From Azolla caroliniana (lineage: Eukaryota; Plantae; Polypodiophyta), in NCBI GenBank assembly GCA_043228905.1, contig JBHGNT010000008.1, positions 14,198,001 to 14,262,000 of the forward strand: a stretch of DNA of 64,000 nucleotides. Direction: 5' to 3'. The translations under genes were made by a program, and so were the position numbers. Below, piece by piece: positions 41,900 through 55,835 of the stretch. The notes below the pieces were generated by a model. The model was given only the letters and a program-made list of their open reading frames with translations. It searched no databases and was not told the origin of the DNA. The stretch's first letter is position 1; each line of letters starts with the position of its first letter.

Positions 41900-44800
41900 A
41901 TTAACAATCCTTTGAGGCAGAAAGGTGTTGAGTGTGAAACCCACTCTTTGCCTTTGAAAATATAATTAAAAAACATATGCATTACTTGCTTTGAGGTGGT
42001 TTCCCATTGTGTGCCATTGGCAACAGAACACTGTACTCAAAGACTTTATGCCTCATATTACTATGTCTTTCTTAGATGATATTCCCATTAAAGGTTATGA
42101 GGAGAGGTTTAAAAATAATGAGCTGGATGAAAATGGTTGCTGAAAATTTGTCAAATACCATATTAAGGGTTGCAAAAAGATTCTCTCAATATTAGAGGAG
42201 GTTCACTAACTCAATGTGGCACAAAATCAATATATGGGGTGTAGGAAATTCTAGTGGTAGGATATTATATGTTTGTTCATACAACAGAAAGCTAACTCCA
42301 AAAAAGGTTGACATCATTCAAAACATGAAAGAAGAAAAGTGGATTTTTTGGAGCTTGTGTCTTTTATTGCAAGTGGATTCCACACTATACCCATATTTCT
42401 GACATGCTATACCAATATTTATAGAAAGGGCAAGCATTTGTGTGGATAAAAGAACACTCAAATAAATACATTTGACCATTGATTCTTACAGTTGACTCTT
42501 ATCTAATTTTGATTGGTGGAAGGTTGGAAGTATACTTGATTAGGTTTGGGGAAAGGTTCTTAGTAGATGCCAAAGGATATATGGTGAGATTAAAAGAGAA
42601 CTTTGGGGTAAAATAATTGTTGTAACTTGACTCATAGGGATTATTTAATTGGAGTTGAAGTGGTGATAATGAAATGGATTTCTTGCTTGTCTTAGAAATA
42701 ATTGCAAATTGTGATATTCCTAATTAGGCTAGGTGCATCTACATCACGTCAAATCAACCTAGAAATATGGCACATCTTTGGGGATATGACTTGGTGGCGC
42801 ACATGTTATCAAGAGCCAAAATATGAAGAAGAGGAAGAAGTGTCAATATTAGATGATGAAGAAGAGGAGTGGAAATGCTCTTGCCACAAGCATAACACAA
42901 GGATAGGGCAAAGAAAAGGAGTTTTGAGAAGAAGAATATGATGACGAAAGAAATCAAGGATATTGGAAACTACCTAAAAGCATCATGGAAAGAAGGGAGG
43001 TTCTTTGAGAGAAACTTCCTAAATCCAAGATATTTTTGGAAACATGCAAACCATAAAAGCAAGAAATCCATAAAGGGTTAAATTTTGTGACCTACAAAAA
43101 CAAGAGCAAATTCTTAAGGAATTACATGATAGGGAATGGACATGCCATCTAGGAGTTTGGGTGACCTTTAGTAAAACCAAAGAAGTACATTGGTGTTCGG
43201 GGTTCTGTCAACAATGTAAAGAAGTATGTCAATGCATGTCTAAATTGCCAATTTTATTTAAATATTAAATATAGGGATTAGATACATCTGACCCATTCAC
43301 CAAGAATACATAAAAAATGGCTAGTGGAAATGCCAATGGGGCCAAGCCAAAATAAGTACTTGGTACTTGCTAGAGAAGACTACATTAGCTATCTACTAGT
43401 TCATGCTAGGAGATATAGTTTGTAATATTGGTATGTTGGGAAAATAGTGGTTGGCAAAGGTGAACTTGACTCAAAACAAGCTTAGGAGTTATTTGACATG
43501 GTGTCATAGATAGCTGGAGTAGAGCAAAAAGGAGGCAAGGAATGTGAAACAAGAGACAATATATTGAGAGAGAAGGAATGCATTGTACTTATGATTCCAC
43601 AATTGGTGTTGTTCACCTTGATTAGGATCAAGATGAACAATTGTATTTATGCATGTTCTTGCTCTAGAAATTTGTAGAACTTTCCAAAGATTTTAAAAAT
43701 GCATGCTCCTAAAGATTTTGGAACTCAGAATTTCTCGAATGACAAAACTTTGAATGTGCAAGTATCACGATCACATGAGGTGTGGGGATGCATTGCTTAT
43801 GACACTTGGTTATGGCATTGGAGGTTGAAGGCTTGATTCTTTTATGTGATATAGGGCAGGGATTTGATTATCTCTAATGACGACATACAACCCAAAGTCA
43901 AATGGCAAGGTAGAAAGGGCGCAAAAACCAATTATCAAGGCCTTATCTAAGGCATGCACGAAACAAGCTAGGGTTGTTTTTACCCTGCTTTCTAGGCAAA
44001 CACGACCACCCACATCTCAATGACAAGATACATGTTAATTGAGATTATGATTGGATAAAAATTGGTCATGTCAATTGAAGAAAAAATTGAGTCTTGGTTA
44101 GTTCTTCCTTCGGAGTCTGAGATGAGTAGGGCGCATTTACTAGTAGCTCGAATTTGACAACTTGAACATAGGCTTGAGGATGTAGGGAGAGTAGCAAAAA
44201 AATTTGAAGACTAAAAACAAAACCAAATTTGATAAGGTGAAAAGACTATGGTCAAAGACGAATCCTTCTAAAAGGGCAGTAATAGGAAGTTTAGCGAGAA
44301 GGTGGTTATACCATATGAAGTGGATAGGGTAACTAACAAAGGCACCTACTACCTCATTGAACTAGATAGGATAGATATAAAGGTTCCTATCATAGCAAAA
44401 AGGATAATGTTGTTCAAATGACGAGAAGCTACAGAACCTGAGTTTGAAGAACAAGAACCGAATGGATAAGATATACATTTGATAGATTAAAGTGCAGAAG
44501 TTTATGGGAGGTGGATGTTGTGAAGCAATTGCTTCACAATATGAAAACACAATTAAATAATATTGAATTTTTTCTTTAAGTCTCACGTGTGAGGCTTGAA
44601 CCCATAACCTCACATATCAACCACCAACTATAAACCATAAGGCAAATATTTCTCTAAATCCATATTCTAGTTATGTCTTATGCATTTATGCATACATGGC
44701 GAGTTCGATGAGTAACATGGCTTTCATACATCACACATTAACACATGTGCACCGAGTGGCGATTGCACATCGCATGCAATCACACATCACATGTACTCTT

Positions 44801-45100
44801 ATTTGAACACCCATTAGGAGAAGAAATCCAAGCATCTAGATGGGAGGGAAACACATTCATCTATCAATCAAGCTAGCTAGCTAGCTCATTGGGAAAGGTT
44901 TCTGAACTCTTAAGATCCAACCCAAGGGGTTCAAGTCAAAGTTTGGCAAAGATAAGGTGTCATCCTTATGGAGGAATATTGAAACTATGGTAAATAAAAT
45001 CTTATATTCCTAATTATAATACAACATATTTTTACCATATACAATATCTATTTTGCTTCATTAATTGTACCATAGTACATAAAATTCATGTTCCTCTAGC
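41900..45100 (+). mobile_element. Highly degenerate Ty3/gypsy pol (RT FLDDIPIKG type, RNase H, integrase) with PPT and 3' LTR starting at 44516
   Basis: FLDDIPIKGYEE at about 42069; integrase zinc-finger remnant ILKELHD...VKKYVNACLNCQ at about 43110-43250; PPT GGGAGGTGGA followed by TGTTG. Boundaries are approximate. Confidence 0.65.
43502..43804. mobile_element. ~300-bp solo LTR inserted in the degenerate gypsy integrase
   Basis: Termini TGTCATA...TATGACA; TSD CATGG/CTTGG. Confidence 0.7.
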
Positions 45101-46453
45101 ATAACATTCGTTTTCCTACGTTGGAAAACGAATGCAAATGTTATTCAAACATTCTTGTGTTTTTTCCCCATTTTTTTAATGTTTTTTTTTCATTTTTTAG
45201 GCTTATTTACCTCATAATAAATAGTTGATCCAAAAGTATGGTATTTATCATTCTTTGAGGGTGTTTTTTTTACGTGAATGATTGAAACATTCGCGAATAC
45301 GAATGCACGTATGGTACGTATGGTTCATACTATGAATCGTACATTATCTCTATATGTTGTCTTTAGGCATGTCTCTCCCTTTATTCTACGAACTCTTCTC
45401 ATTCGTAACCTAGTGGTTCCAACACACCAATCATGAAATCTACGCCAATGAGGCTAATGAACATAACCTTGGGTTCACCCAACTCTAAGAGCGGGTTTTT
45501 CCTCATGTTGAGGCTTGAGAAGTTAGAGTTTCTAAACCATTAACCTCCGCCATGATGCCACTACTATGGGATCTAAGGATAAGGAGGTTAATGTTGTGTT
45601 GTTGCAACAAATCCTCACCCTTAAGGTCCAAGTCCCTCTACAAGAAGTGTGTGAGGTGGCTAGAATCCTTGGTCTAGAATACCACAACCTTGGTTATATA
45701 TATTATTCAAAGACATAGAGCTCGCTATTGAGTTAAACCCAAAGTTGTGGCAAGACATGCTTTGACCGATGAAAGGTGAGCTCCATGCTAGGTATGCTAA
45801 CCTTGTCATGAATGCACCAACCAACATCAGGTGTTTGATTAATATGATGATGAACCTAAAGAGATGGAAACCTTAGAAGACCACTTTGAAAGTGGTGATA
45901 CTACCTTCAACCTTAAACTCTCGATAACTTTGAATGACACAACCATGTCCACCATAATCGACATCAAGGCTAGGGTTAGCGTTATCGACTACAAGCTCTA
46001 GCAAAAATGGGGTAGCCCTAGTCATTCTTGCTTAAGGACAAGCCTTCTACATGGGATGCATTCCTTAATCAACCTCTTCTTGCAAATTCTCTATTTCGGG
46101 ATAATGCAGGAAAAGTGTTGAACCTTAGAACTCGCCTTGCATGGGGTAAATTGGATAATGGACTAGCTGCATCTGTAAGAACTTAGACTCAATTTCAGCA
46201 GATGCCACAAGCAGATCGTCTTGGTAGTTACAATCTATTCATGGTGCCAAGATAATGATTGTTAGCATTTCAACAACATATTCTTTGTTTTCTACAACCT
46301 TCCAACCCATGCAAGAACATCTGTGGTTTGGATTATAAATTACACATTGTTGGTTGTCAAGGGTGTCTCACCTAATGGGTGTGTTTCTTATTTTGAGGTT
46401 CTGGATAACAACAGATTGCAACCTTATACCTTTGATTGCAGTGATCTACAACA

Positions 46454-46906
46454 TGTCATGAACACATGACCATTATGGCGTCACCCGGACTTGAACCTCG
46501 AACCTTGTAATCCATACTTGAAAACCTCAACCATTAAGATAGCTTATTGTTATATGAAACAATAAAAGCTACTTCCTGTATTACATTGATTATTGTAAAA
46601 CCTCTAGATTATTCTAGAATGTTTTAGAATGTCCTAGAGCATTCTAGGTCTAGAACATTCTAGAACATTCTAGAAATCTCTAAGCTATTCTATAGGAACC
46701 TATAAATAAGGGCATACATGTATTCTCAAATCAATTCGAATCAACACCAATCTTTAGCTCTCATTACATATATTGTATCCATTCTCTTTCTTTCTCTTTC
46801 TTATACATCCATTCTTCTCTTAGTATTTCGTTCCTTTTTGCTCGTGTTCTATAATATCCTTCTTCCATCACTCTATCTTTTATCCTTGGTTCTGACAGTT
46901 TGATTA

Positions 46907-46978
<72 letters not shown>

Positions 46979-49900
46979 CCTCATTTGTAACCATCCTGAA
47001 ACCATGGCTGCCATTAACTCAGAAGAATATCTCACCCTTGTTGTTGAAATGGAGAACCTTAAATCCAAGTTCGCATCTCTTGAAGTAGAGAATCAACGTC
47101 TACTTGTGGATCTACAAAAGGTTACTATAGAGAAGCAACAACAACAAGAGGAGTTCACGCGACGGGTGCAACAATTAGAGTCCACAATCGTAGTGTTACA
47201 ACAACAAAGAGTTGAAGGTCAAGGACTTATCAAGGAGCCCAAAATTAGCCTCCTAGCTAAATTTGATGGGTCGAGGGTGCATTTTCGAGGTTCTTGAATC
47301 AAGTACGGTTGGTGATTCAAATGCATCCCGCGCGTTATCCAACAGATGCATCACGAGTCGGGCTAGTGGGCACCTTATTGACTGGCATAGCATTGTCGTG
47401 GTTTGCTCCATTGCTAGAGACCAATTCTCCTCTACTAAATAATTTCGAGGAATTTATCAAGGAATTGAAGGCTTGTTTCGGAGATATTGATGGGGCGAGA
47501 ACAACTATCAACAAGATTCGTACACTTCATCAAGGTGATCAACCAACTTCGACATATGCTGCCAATTTCCGTCTCATCGCAAGCGATATTCCTTGGGATG
47601 AACAAGCCCTAATGGAGCAATTCCATTCAGGCCTTCGTAGTGATGTCAAAGACTTACTTCTTACCTTCCCCGAGGATCCAAGGTGACTTACAGAAGCTAT
47701 TAGTCGAGCAATATGGTGTGATAATCGTTTTTTTGAGCGTCGATGTGAGCGACAACAACAAATAACAAGATCAAGATTCACACCAACTTATGCATCAGTA
47801 ACGGCGCAATTGTCCCCAAGGCAAATGTATAGCCTTGCTCCAACTCCAAGGCAAATACATAGTCTAGTCCCAATGGATAGTCCAGCACCCATGGAGATCA
47901 ATATGACTCAACGACGAGGACCATTATCAGACGAAGAGAAGCAACATCGTTGAGCAAACCATCTATGCTTATATTGCGGAGGTCTAAGACATATAGCCAT
48001 TCATTGCTCCCGTAGGCCAAGACGTCAGGTAAATCAAAATCACTATGACAATAAAAATGAGTCCAACATTTTAGAAGTAGTTAGTGAATCTAATATTACG
48101 AATAATCCACCCTTGTCCAATAAATTTGAAGTCCTAAGCCAATTAGAAGAGGAGTCAAACGAATAGGTCCGGCCAAAATAGGAGCCATTTGGTTGGACAA
48201 CCCTAGATATGTACAACCTAGTGTGGGTTCCATTTCTTCCAAGCATGTTAGTAGAGTCTTCTCAGCCCTAGTACAAGTTAGGACACCCAGTTGTCAACTT
48301 CAACCGATGCACCATATCCTTCTCATCAAATTTCCGCCATCACATTGCAACAATTGTGCCAAGTGGGAGGCAAGGAGGACCTTTTCTTATTTGTAGTATC
48401 AATGACACCTTCTAGTGTCACTCAAGGGAATTCAGACATCCAAATTCCCAAAAAATATCAAGACTATGCTGATGTTTTCGACAAAGTCAAAGCTAGTGTT
48501 CTTCCAAAGCATCGGCCGTACGACTATCCTATTGATCTCCAACCAGGAAAAGAGCCACCGTGGGGTTCGATTTACAATTTATCACCCACTGAGCTTGAGG
48601 TTCTTCAAGAATACATCGAGGAAAATCTTGCACATGGGTTTATTCGACATTCAAAGTCTCCATCTGGTGCTCCTATCTTTTTTGTGAAGAAAAAGGACGG
48701 CTCCCTTCGTTTGGTCGTGGACTATCGAGGCTTAAATAAAGTCACCATAAGGAATAGGTATGCTTTACCTTTAATCTCCAATCTCTTAGAACGCATTGGT
48801 GGGGCAAAGCATTTTACCAAAATTGATCTAAGGGGTGCATATAATCTTGTTCGAATGCGGCCGGGAGATGAGTGGAAAACAACATTTCGTACTCGGTATG
48901 GTCATTTCGAGTATACAGTCATGCCTTTCGGGCTCACAAATACACCTGCAGTATTCCAACATATGGAAAATGACATCTTCCGGGATTTCTTGGATATTTT
49001 TCTAATCATCTACCTAGATGATCTATTGATTTACTCTAAAACACAGGGGGAGCATGATATACATGTGCGGCAAGTACTTGAACGCCTAAGGAAGTATGCT
49101 CTTTATGCCAAACTTGAGAAATGCAGTTTTGATTGCAAACAAGTCGAATTTTTGGGATACACTATTTCATCCCAGGGTGTTTTCATGAACCCTGCAAAAG
49201 TCCAAACAATATTGGAATGGAAACCCCCATGCTCAGTTCGAGATGTCCAGTGTTTCCTCGGATTTGCGAACTTCTATCGCAAATTCATACATAATTATTC
49301 AAGCATTGTGTTGCCCCTTACTCAACTCACCAAGAAAAATCAAGCATTTTTTTGGAGTATCGAAGCGGACAAGGCTTTTACGCAGCTGAAAGAGGCATTC
49401 ACATCAGCACCCATCCTAGCACATATTGATCCTGAAAAGCCATTTACTATTGAGGCAGATGCATCAGACTTTGCATTGGGGAGTATCCTATCGCAACCAG
49501 GCGAGGACGGGCAGACACATCTAGTCGCGTTTCACTCGAGAAAATTTACTGTTTCGGAGATAAACTATGAGGTGCATGACAAGGAGTTACTAGTTGTGGT
49601 CGACTCATTCGAGCAATGGCGTCATTTTCTAGAAGGATCACCTCATCAGATTATCATTTATAGTGATCACAAAAATCTCACATATTTTCAAACTGCTCGA
49701 GTATTAAATAGACGCCAAGCTCGGTGGGCCCAATTTCTAACGCGTTTCGATTTCAAGATCATTTTTCGCCCCGAAAAACAACAAGGGAAAGCAGATGTTT
49801 TGTCTCGACGTTCATATCTAGCACTTTGACCTGGAGATCCGGCCTTTGACAATCAAAAGCAAATTCTCCTCGGGCCATCAAAGCTACAGGTAACAACAAT

Positions 49901-52136
49901 TTATGCCACGCCACTTGATTCTACCCTTCTTGACACTATTCGGCAACAACTTCATTCAGATGATTTCGCTAAGGATGTCTTAGCCCACTGTGGTTCAAGT
50001 TGTCCATCTTGCTCCACATTGCCAGGGTCATCTCAACATTATCAGGACTTCAAGTGGCAAGATGGCTTACTCTTTTACAAGAATCTCCTTTACGTCCCCG
50101 ACGAATCACCCCGACTTCAAGTGTTGGAATATTGTCATGATGCCCCCATGGCTAGACATTTTGGTATTTCCAAGACCATTGAGCTGGTGAAACGTTCATT
50201 TTGGTGGCCTCACTTGCAAAAATTTGTCGAAGATTATGTTCGCACTTGTGACACTTGCTGTCGCGCCAAAATACCTCGGCATCACCCTTATGGCTTACTA
50301 CAACCATTACCCCCTCCCAACAAGCCATGGCAGTCTATTTCTATGGATTTCATTACGGATTTGCCACCTTCCAAAGGCTTTGATACTATTTTAACAGTAG
50401 TGGAATATTGTCATGATGCCCCCATGGCTGGACATTTTGGTATTTCCAAGACCATTGAGCTGGTGAAATGTTCGTTTTGGTGGCCTCACTTGCAAAACTT
50501 TGTCGAAGATTATGTTCGCACTTGTGACACTTGTTGTCGCGCCAAAATACCTCGGCATCACCCTTATGGCTTACTACAACCATTACCCCCTCCCAATAAG
50601 CCATGGCAATCTATTTCTATGGATTTCATTACGGATCTGCCACCTTCCAAAGGCTTTGATACTATTTTAACAGTAGTGGATCAGTTCACCAAGATGGCAC
50701 ATTTTGTACCATGTGTAAAGACCATCAATAGTGAAGAAACTGCAGATCTCATTATGCGTGAAGTGTTTCACCATCATGGTCTCCCGAATGATATTATTAG
50801 CGATCAAGGTCCTCAATTTATCTCACACTTTTGGAAGCACCTATGGGCAGGCCTCAAAATCTCTTGCAAACTCTCTTCGGCTTATCATCCACAAACTGAC
50901 GGACAAACAGAGCGCACAAATCAAACACTCGAGCAATATCTTCGATGTTTCATTAGTTATCAACAAGATGATTGGAGTAATATTTTACAACTTGCCGAGT
51001 TTGCATACAACAACACGGTCCAGTCTTCTACCAAAGTTACAGCTTTCTTTGCCTACACTGGCAACCACCCTCAATGGTGTATACTGGATCTTCCTGAGGT
51101 GTCACGAAACCCTAGTGCGGCGCATCACCTCCACTGACTACAACAAATCCAGTTCGAGTTATCGTCACATCTTCAAAAAGCGCAAGCACACCATAAGACC
51201 AATGCCGATCGACATTGTCTTAAGTCTCCGTTTAAGGTTTGTGACCGTGTATGGTTGCTTCGTCGTCACATCAAGACTACCCGACCGTGTGCTAAGCTTG
51301 ACTATCAACGCTTAGGTCCTTTTGTCATCACGGCGCAGATTAATGATGCAACATTTCGTCTTAACCTTCCTGCACATATGCGGCTTCACCCTGTCTTTCA
51401 TAGCTCTCTTTTGGAACCTTGTTGCACCTCTTTAATTCCTAATCGTGTTGTGCCACCACCGCCTTCTGTACAACTTGTGGACGGCCCCGAATACGTGGTA
51501 GCTGCTATTCTCTATTCTAAGATTGTGCGCAATAAGCTTTATTATCTAGTTGATTGGCTTGGCTATCCTCCGAGTGATCGCACTTGGGAACCCATTGATA
51601 ACGTTTGTAATACTGAAGCTTTGGTCAACAACTTCCATCGTCACTATCCAAACAAGCCCGGCCCAACAATGTTAACGCCAACTTCCACTGAGGCTTGGGA
51701 TAGTGTCATGAACACATGACCATTATGGCGTCACCTGGACTTGAACCTCGAACCTTGTAATCCATACTTGAAAACCTCAACCATTAAGATAGCTTATTGT
51801 TATATGAAACAAAAAAGCTACTTCTTGTATTACATTGATTATTGTAAAACCTCTAGATTATTCTAGAATGTTCTAGAATGTCCTAGAGCATTCTAGGTCT
51901 AGAACATTCTAGAAATCTCTAAGCTATTCTATATGAACATATAAATAAGGGCATACATGTATTCTCAAATCAATTCGAATCAACACCAGTCTTTAGCTCT
52001 CATTACATATCTTGTATCCATTCTCTTTCTTTCTCTATCTTATACATCCATTCTTCTCTTAGTATTTTGTTCCTTTCTGCTCGTGTTCTCTAATATCCTT
52101 CTTCCATCACTCTATCTTTTATCCTTGGTTCTGACA
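46454..52136 (+). mobile_element. Ty3/gypsy chromovirus (Tcn1-like), full length, protease deleted
   Basis: LTRs 46454-46897 and 51704-52136; perfect TSD CAACA; gag ATG 47004; RT YLDD and RNase H (48291-49829); integrase with duplicated zinc finger; chromodomain. Several premature stops. Confidence 0.96.
46476..46543 (-). promoter_or_regulatory. tRNA-like Pol III internal promoter (A box TATCTTAATGG, B box GGTTCAAGTCC) in the LTR U3; second copy at 51726-51793
   Basis: Consensus B box, A-to-B spacing of 44 nt, and the cassette ends in ...GACGCCA. Confidence 0.65.
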
Positions 52137-52648
52137 CAACACTTGCGAACTGCACCAATCAAAGTGGTTGCTAAAATTGGAAAGAAATGGATGCTTGATT
52201 TGTATCCTTCCATCGCCTGCATGTGTGATATGTTGTGGTTGTATGCAAAAGACCATGTTTCAAGATTAATTTTGGATACAAGGGGTCGGTTTTGGTCACA
52301 CTCTTTGGGGGAATAGAACATAAAGGTTCCCTTCTTTCAGTACTCAATAAAACTTGGAAGATCATTACTGCTCTCTTGGAATGTAATGGTACCAGCAACT
52401 TAGAAACATTGGATTAACTGGGGTGTCTCAACTTTGCATTTGAAAACCTATTAGAGATAGATCTGGTCATTTAAGGGGCCAACTAAATTTATTCTTTTCA
52501 GATGGTTATCAGTGCATATGGCATTACCAATTGGTCATTCATTGAAAGGGAATGTAGCACCTAATCTTAGGAAATGTGGTTTTTGCCATGCAGCTCAAGA
52601 GACTACCAAGCATGTCCTCTGGTCTTGTACCTTGGCTCAACAAGTATA

Positions 52649-55050
52649 TGTTGTGCAATATGAAGCCGGCCACAACCGATCAACACGTGCAAATGAGAAA
52701 TGTAGAGATCAAGACAACAGTAAACAAGATAGTACATAGACACAAATATTTTAACGTGGAAAACCCTAAAAGGGAAAAACCACGAGAGTCCACAAACTCC
52801 AAACTTGATCATTGTGGTATGAGGAATACTACAAGAGACTCTACGGCAACAACCTTGAGCTCTTCTTTGTCCACAGATGGTTATAGAGTTACAACTCTCT
52901 CTCTCTCTCTCTCTCTCTCTCCTACTCTCTAGTTACACCCACTGATCCTACTACCACCGCAAAAATGATTTTCCTTAGATGTATTTATACTAATACATAA
53001 TATGGGTTATTTACAAATATGGCTTGTCTTAGGCACATTAAAACATATTTACAGATATGTCCTCTTCCGTATACATTTTTGGATCCAGCGTCATGATGTG
53101 GCGTGCTCGACTATGGGAAAAACCGGCAAAAGGGGGGGTCAAAATGTGCATATGTAATGTGTGTGTACACAAAGGCAAATAATTGTACACATTCAAAAGA
53201 AAAGGGAAAAGAAAGGGTGGAAAGGAGGTATAGAAACTCGTGTGAAAAGTAAGACAGAGGAGAGATAAAAAGTAGAGAGGAGAGATAAAAAGTAGAGAGG
53301 AGAGAAGCTATGAATTTCTAGATATATATAGAATTATATGTTATATAATAGAGAGTTAATGCGCTAGTGGATAGACATATTGACTCCTAGCTAAAGATGC
53401 ATGGTTCCGGTCTTACAATGTAGTGTGATTTAAGGAATTTTATTCATTTTGCATTAAAGATGAATGTGGTGACCCCCCTTCCTTTTTTTCCTATAAAAAA
53501 GGAGGTCGAGGGGGCTCATTTGGGAGGACGTTTTGAGAGGAGGAGACTATCGTAATTTTTCTTTCAGAGCTCTTCATCTTCATCTTCACCATTTTTCTTC
53601 ATCTCATAACCCTTCATCCCCTCATCGCCACATGCTCGTCTTCTTTGTGTTGGCACTCGAAGTGCTCGTTTACAATGCTCGTGAGCCCGAGCCTCGTTGG
53701 TTCGGCGTTGCTTCACCCTCGTTCGTCGTTTCGAGCCCGTGTGCTTGCCATTCGGGTGGTCGTGCTTCGTTGGTGTCAGCATTTTTATGGTGCTCGAGTG
53801 CTGGTCTTCTTCGTGTTCGTGCTTGGTGTTCGGATTTGCTCTTGTCTCTAAGGGCATTTAGTATTTATGTTTTGTTGAGCTTGTGGTAAACTAGAAGTTG
53901 TCACATTGTAATCAAAGCCTATTTTCTAAAGGGCACTCTTGCACTACAATCGTGTCCTTGCACCTTACATATCTACTTCTTTAGCCAATGCCATTCGTGT
54001 TTTCTTTCTTTAATTCTTGTCTCCTTGTACGTTCGGCTGTCTTATGATGAGGGAGTGTTTTGAGTGTGCTCGTCTCTCCTCCTCATAAAGGCGTACGAGC
54101 ATTTGTGCGTGTGTTATGTGTCTTCCTTGTACGTTCGGCCATCTTGTGACAAGGGAGAATTTCGGGCGTGCCCATGCACCTCTCCTCCTCATAAAGGCAT
54201 ACGAGCATTTGTGCGTGTGTTTGTGTCATCCTTGTATGTTCGTACGTCTTGTGACGAGGGAGCGTTTCGGGTGTGCCCATGCACCTCTCCTCCTCATAAA
54301 GGTGTACGAGCATTCATGCGTGTGTTTTGTGTCTTCCTTGTATGTTCGACCGTCTTGTGACGAGGGAGCGTTCGGGCTTGCCCATGCACCTCTCCTCCTC
54401 ATAAAGGCGTACAATCATTCGTGCATGTGTTTTGTCCCTTTCCTTGTACGTTCAAAGTCTTGTGACGAGGGAGCGTTCGGGCGTGCCCATGCACCTCTCC
54501 TCCTCATAAAGACATATGGGCGTTCGTGTTTGTATTCTCGTCCCTTTCCTTGTATGTTTGATGTCTTGTGACGAGGGAGTGTTCGGGCATGCCCATGCAC
54601 CTCTCCTCCTCATAAAGACATACATGCATTCGTGTTTGTGTTCTCATCCCCTTGTGCGTTCATTTTGCGTGCTCATCTTTGCTTGTACCCATTTGATCAC
54701 TTGGCTCATGCGGTGATCTCGAAAACTCGATGAGTCGTGATTAACGAAAGCCACCCGCCCCAGAAAAGGGGCAACGAGCCCTTGCCCGAGAAGTAGTCTT
54801 GTCGTAAAGCAAACCTCGGGTCTTCTCTATCCCTTCGTACTCCCTAGTCCAAGAGCCCCGTGGTCCTGCCCAAGTAACACACACGCGTGAAACTTCGCGA
54901 CACCAGTTGAACGACTTTTGGCCAATCTGGCTCCGGATTTGATCTCTCATTGATCTTCATCTGGCTCCGACACTCTTCCCATCCGGTTCTTGTTCTTCAG
55001 ATTTCAATCCGGCTCATGATCTTCCCATCAGAGGGATCTATTTCCTAACA
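52649..55050 (-). mobile_element. Copia-type solo LTR apparently carrying a nested ~1.7-kb unclassified insertion (about 53004-54740)
   Basis: TGTTG...TAACA termini; TSD GTATA/ATATA; TTTAACGTGGAAAACCC...GGGAAAAACCACG motif typical of copia LTRs read antisense. Confidence 0.7.
54024..54660. repeat. Tandem array of ~6 units of ~105 bp, each an imperfect hairpin
   Basis: CCTTGTA[C/T]GTT...GAGGGAG...GCCCATGCACCTCTCCTCCTCATAAAG recurs at about 54024, 54126, 54230, 54336, 54442 and 54548. Confidence 0.92.
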
Positions 55051-55835
55051 ATATAGAATAAAGTCCTACCTTTATTCCTAGCGATCAATGTCGATTGTCT
55101 GTTTTCATGGGGATTAGCGATGTGGGGAGTGTTACACTCCAACTTGATGTTGTATGAGGCAGGCGATGTCCACGAGGCCATGGTGGTAAATAATAGAAGA
55201 TTGATATTAGTTAGTCCCTTTCAACACCCTCAAAAGCAGGTGCGATCTGTCCAGGTTTGGAAAACAACGATTGCGGTAACATTATGGGTATTATGGAAAT
55301 GTAGATGTAACCACCTTTATGATGCTATGAAAGTGTTTAAATAGAATTCACGGTATTGAAGTCTATAAGAATATAAGGTATGGAGCATTCACATCTGGAG
55401 GTCAAGAACATGAACCAAGGTCTTGAGGATAAGTCAAACTAAAAGCAAGACACGTGGAGAAAAGTAAAAGAAGAAAAAGCGGGCCACCAAAACACGGTAT
55501 GAAACGAACGCTCATAACTCATTAGTTTGGAAGCCAAATACAATGTTCAAATATAGATTAGAAATCTTGTAAAGAGAGATATCCGTAGCTTTTTAAATCT
55601 CTAAATTTGGAGCTCGGGTGAGGGAGATATGACGATTAGAAGATCATTGTGTCATAGCTAAGAATAGGAGATGAAAAACTTCTAAAAAAAGCGTAAAAAA
55701 GAAAGCAAGGGAAAGTTATTTAGTAGAGGAGACCTTCATATAAAGCAAGAAGAGTAAGGTGGTGGAAATGAGGCTATTTCATGTGGTGTTTTCTTGCCTG
55801 TTTATGTAGTGTGGTTTAGTTGTTATCAATATAAT

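Larger units (their letters stand above)
45950..55345 (+). mobile_element. Degenerate L1-type LINE 3' remnant, split by two LTR insertions (pieces about 45950-46453, 52142-52648, 55056-55345)
   Basis: zf-RVT-like CGFCHAAQETTKHVLWSCTLAQQV continues across the 52649-55050 insertion into WKTTIAVTLWVLWKCRCNHLY. The 5' boundary is uncertain. Confidence 0.6.

Noticed and set aside
46476-46548. Functional tRNA genes in LTRs
   Set aside because: Acceptor and anticodon stems do not pair convincingly. Only the A/B boxes and spacing are kept, so these are reported as promoter-like cassettes.
54024-54660. CRISPR-like array
   Set aside because: Whole units are repeated with no unique spacers, no cas genes are present, and the context is eukaryotic.
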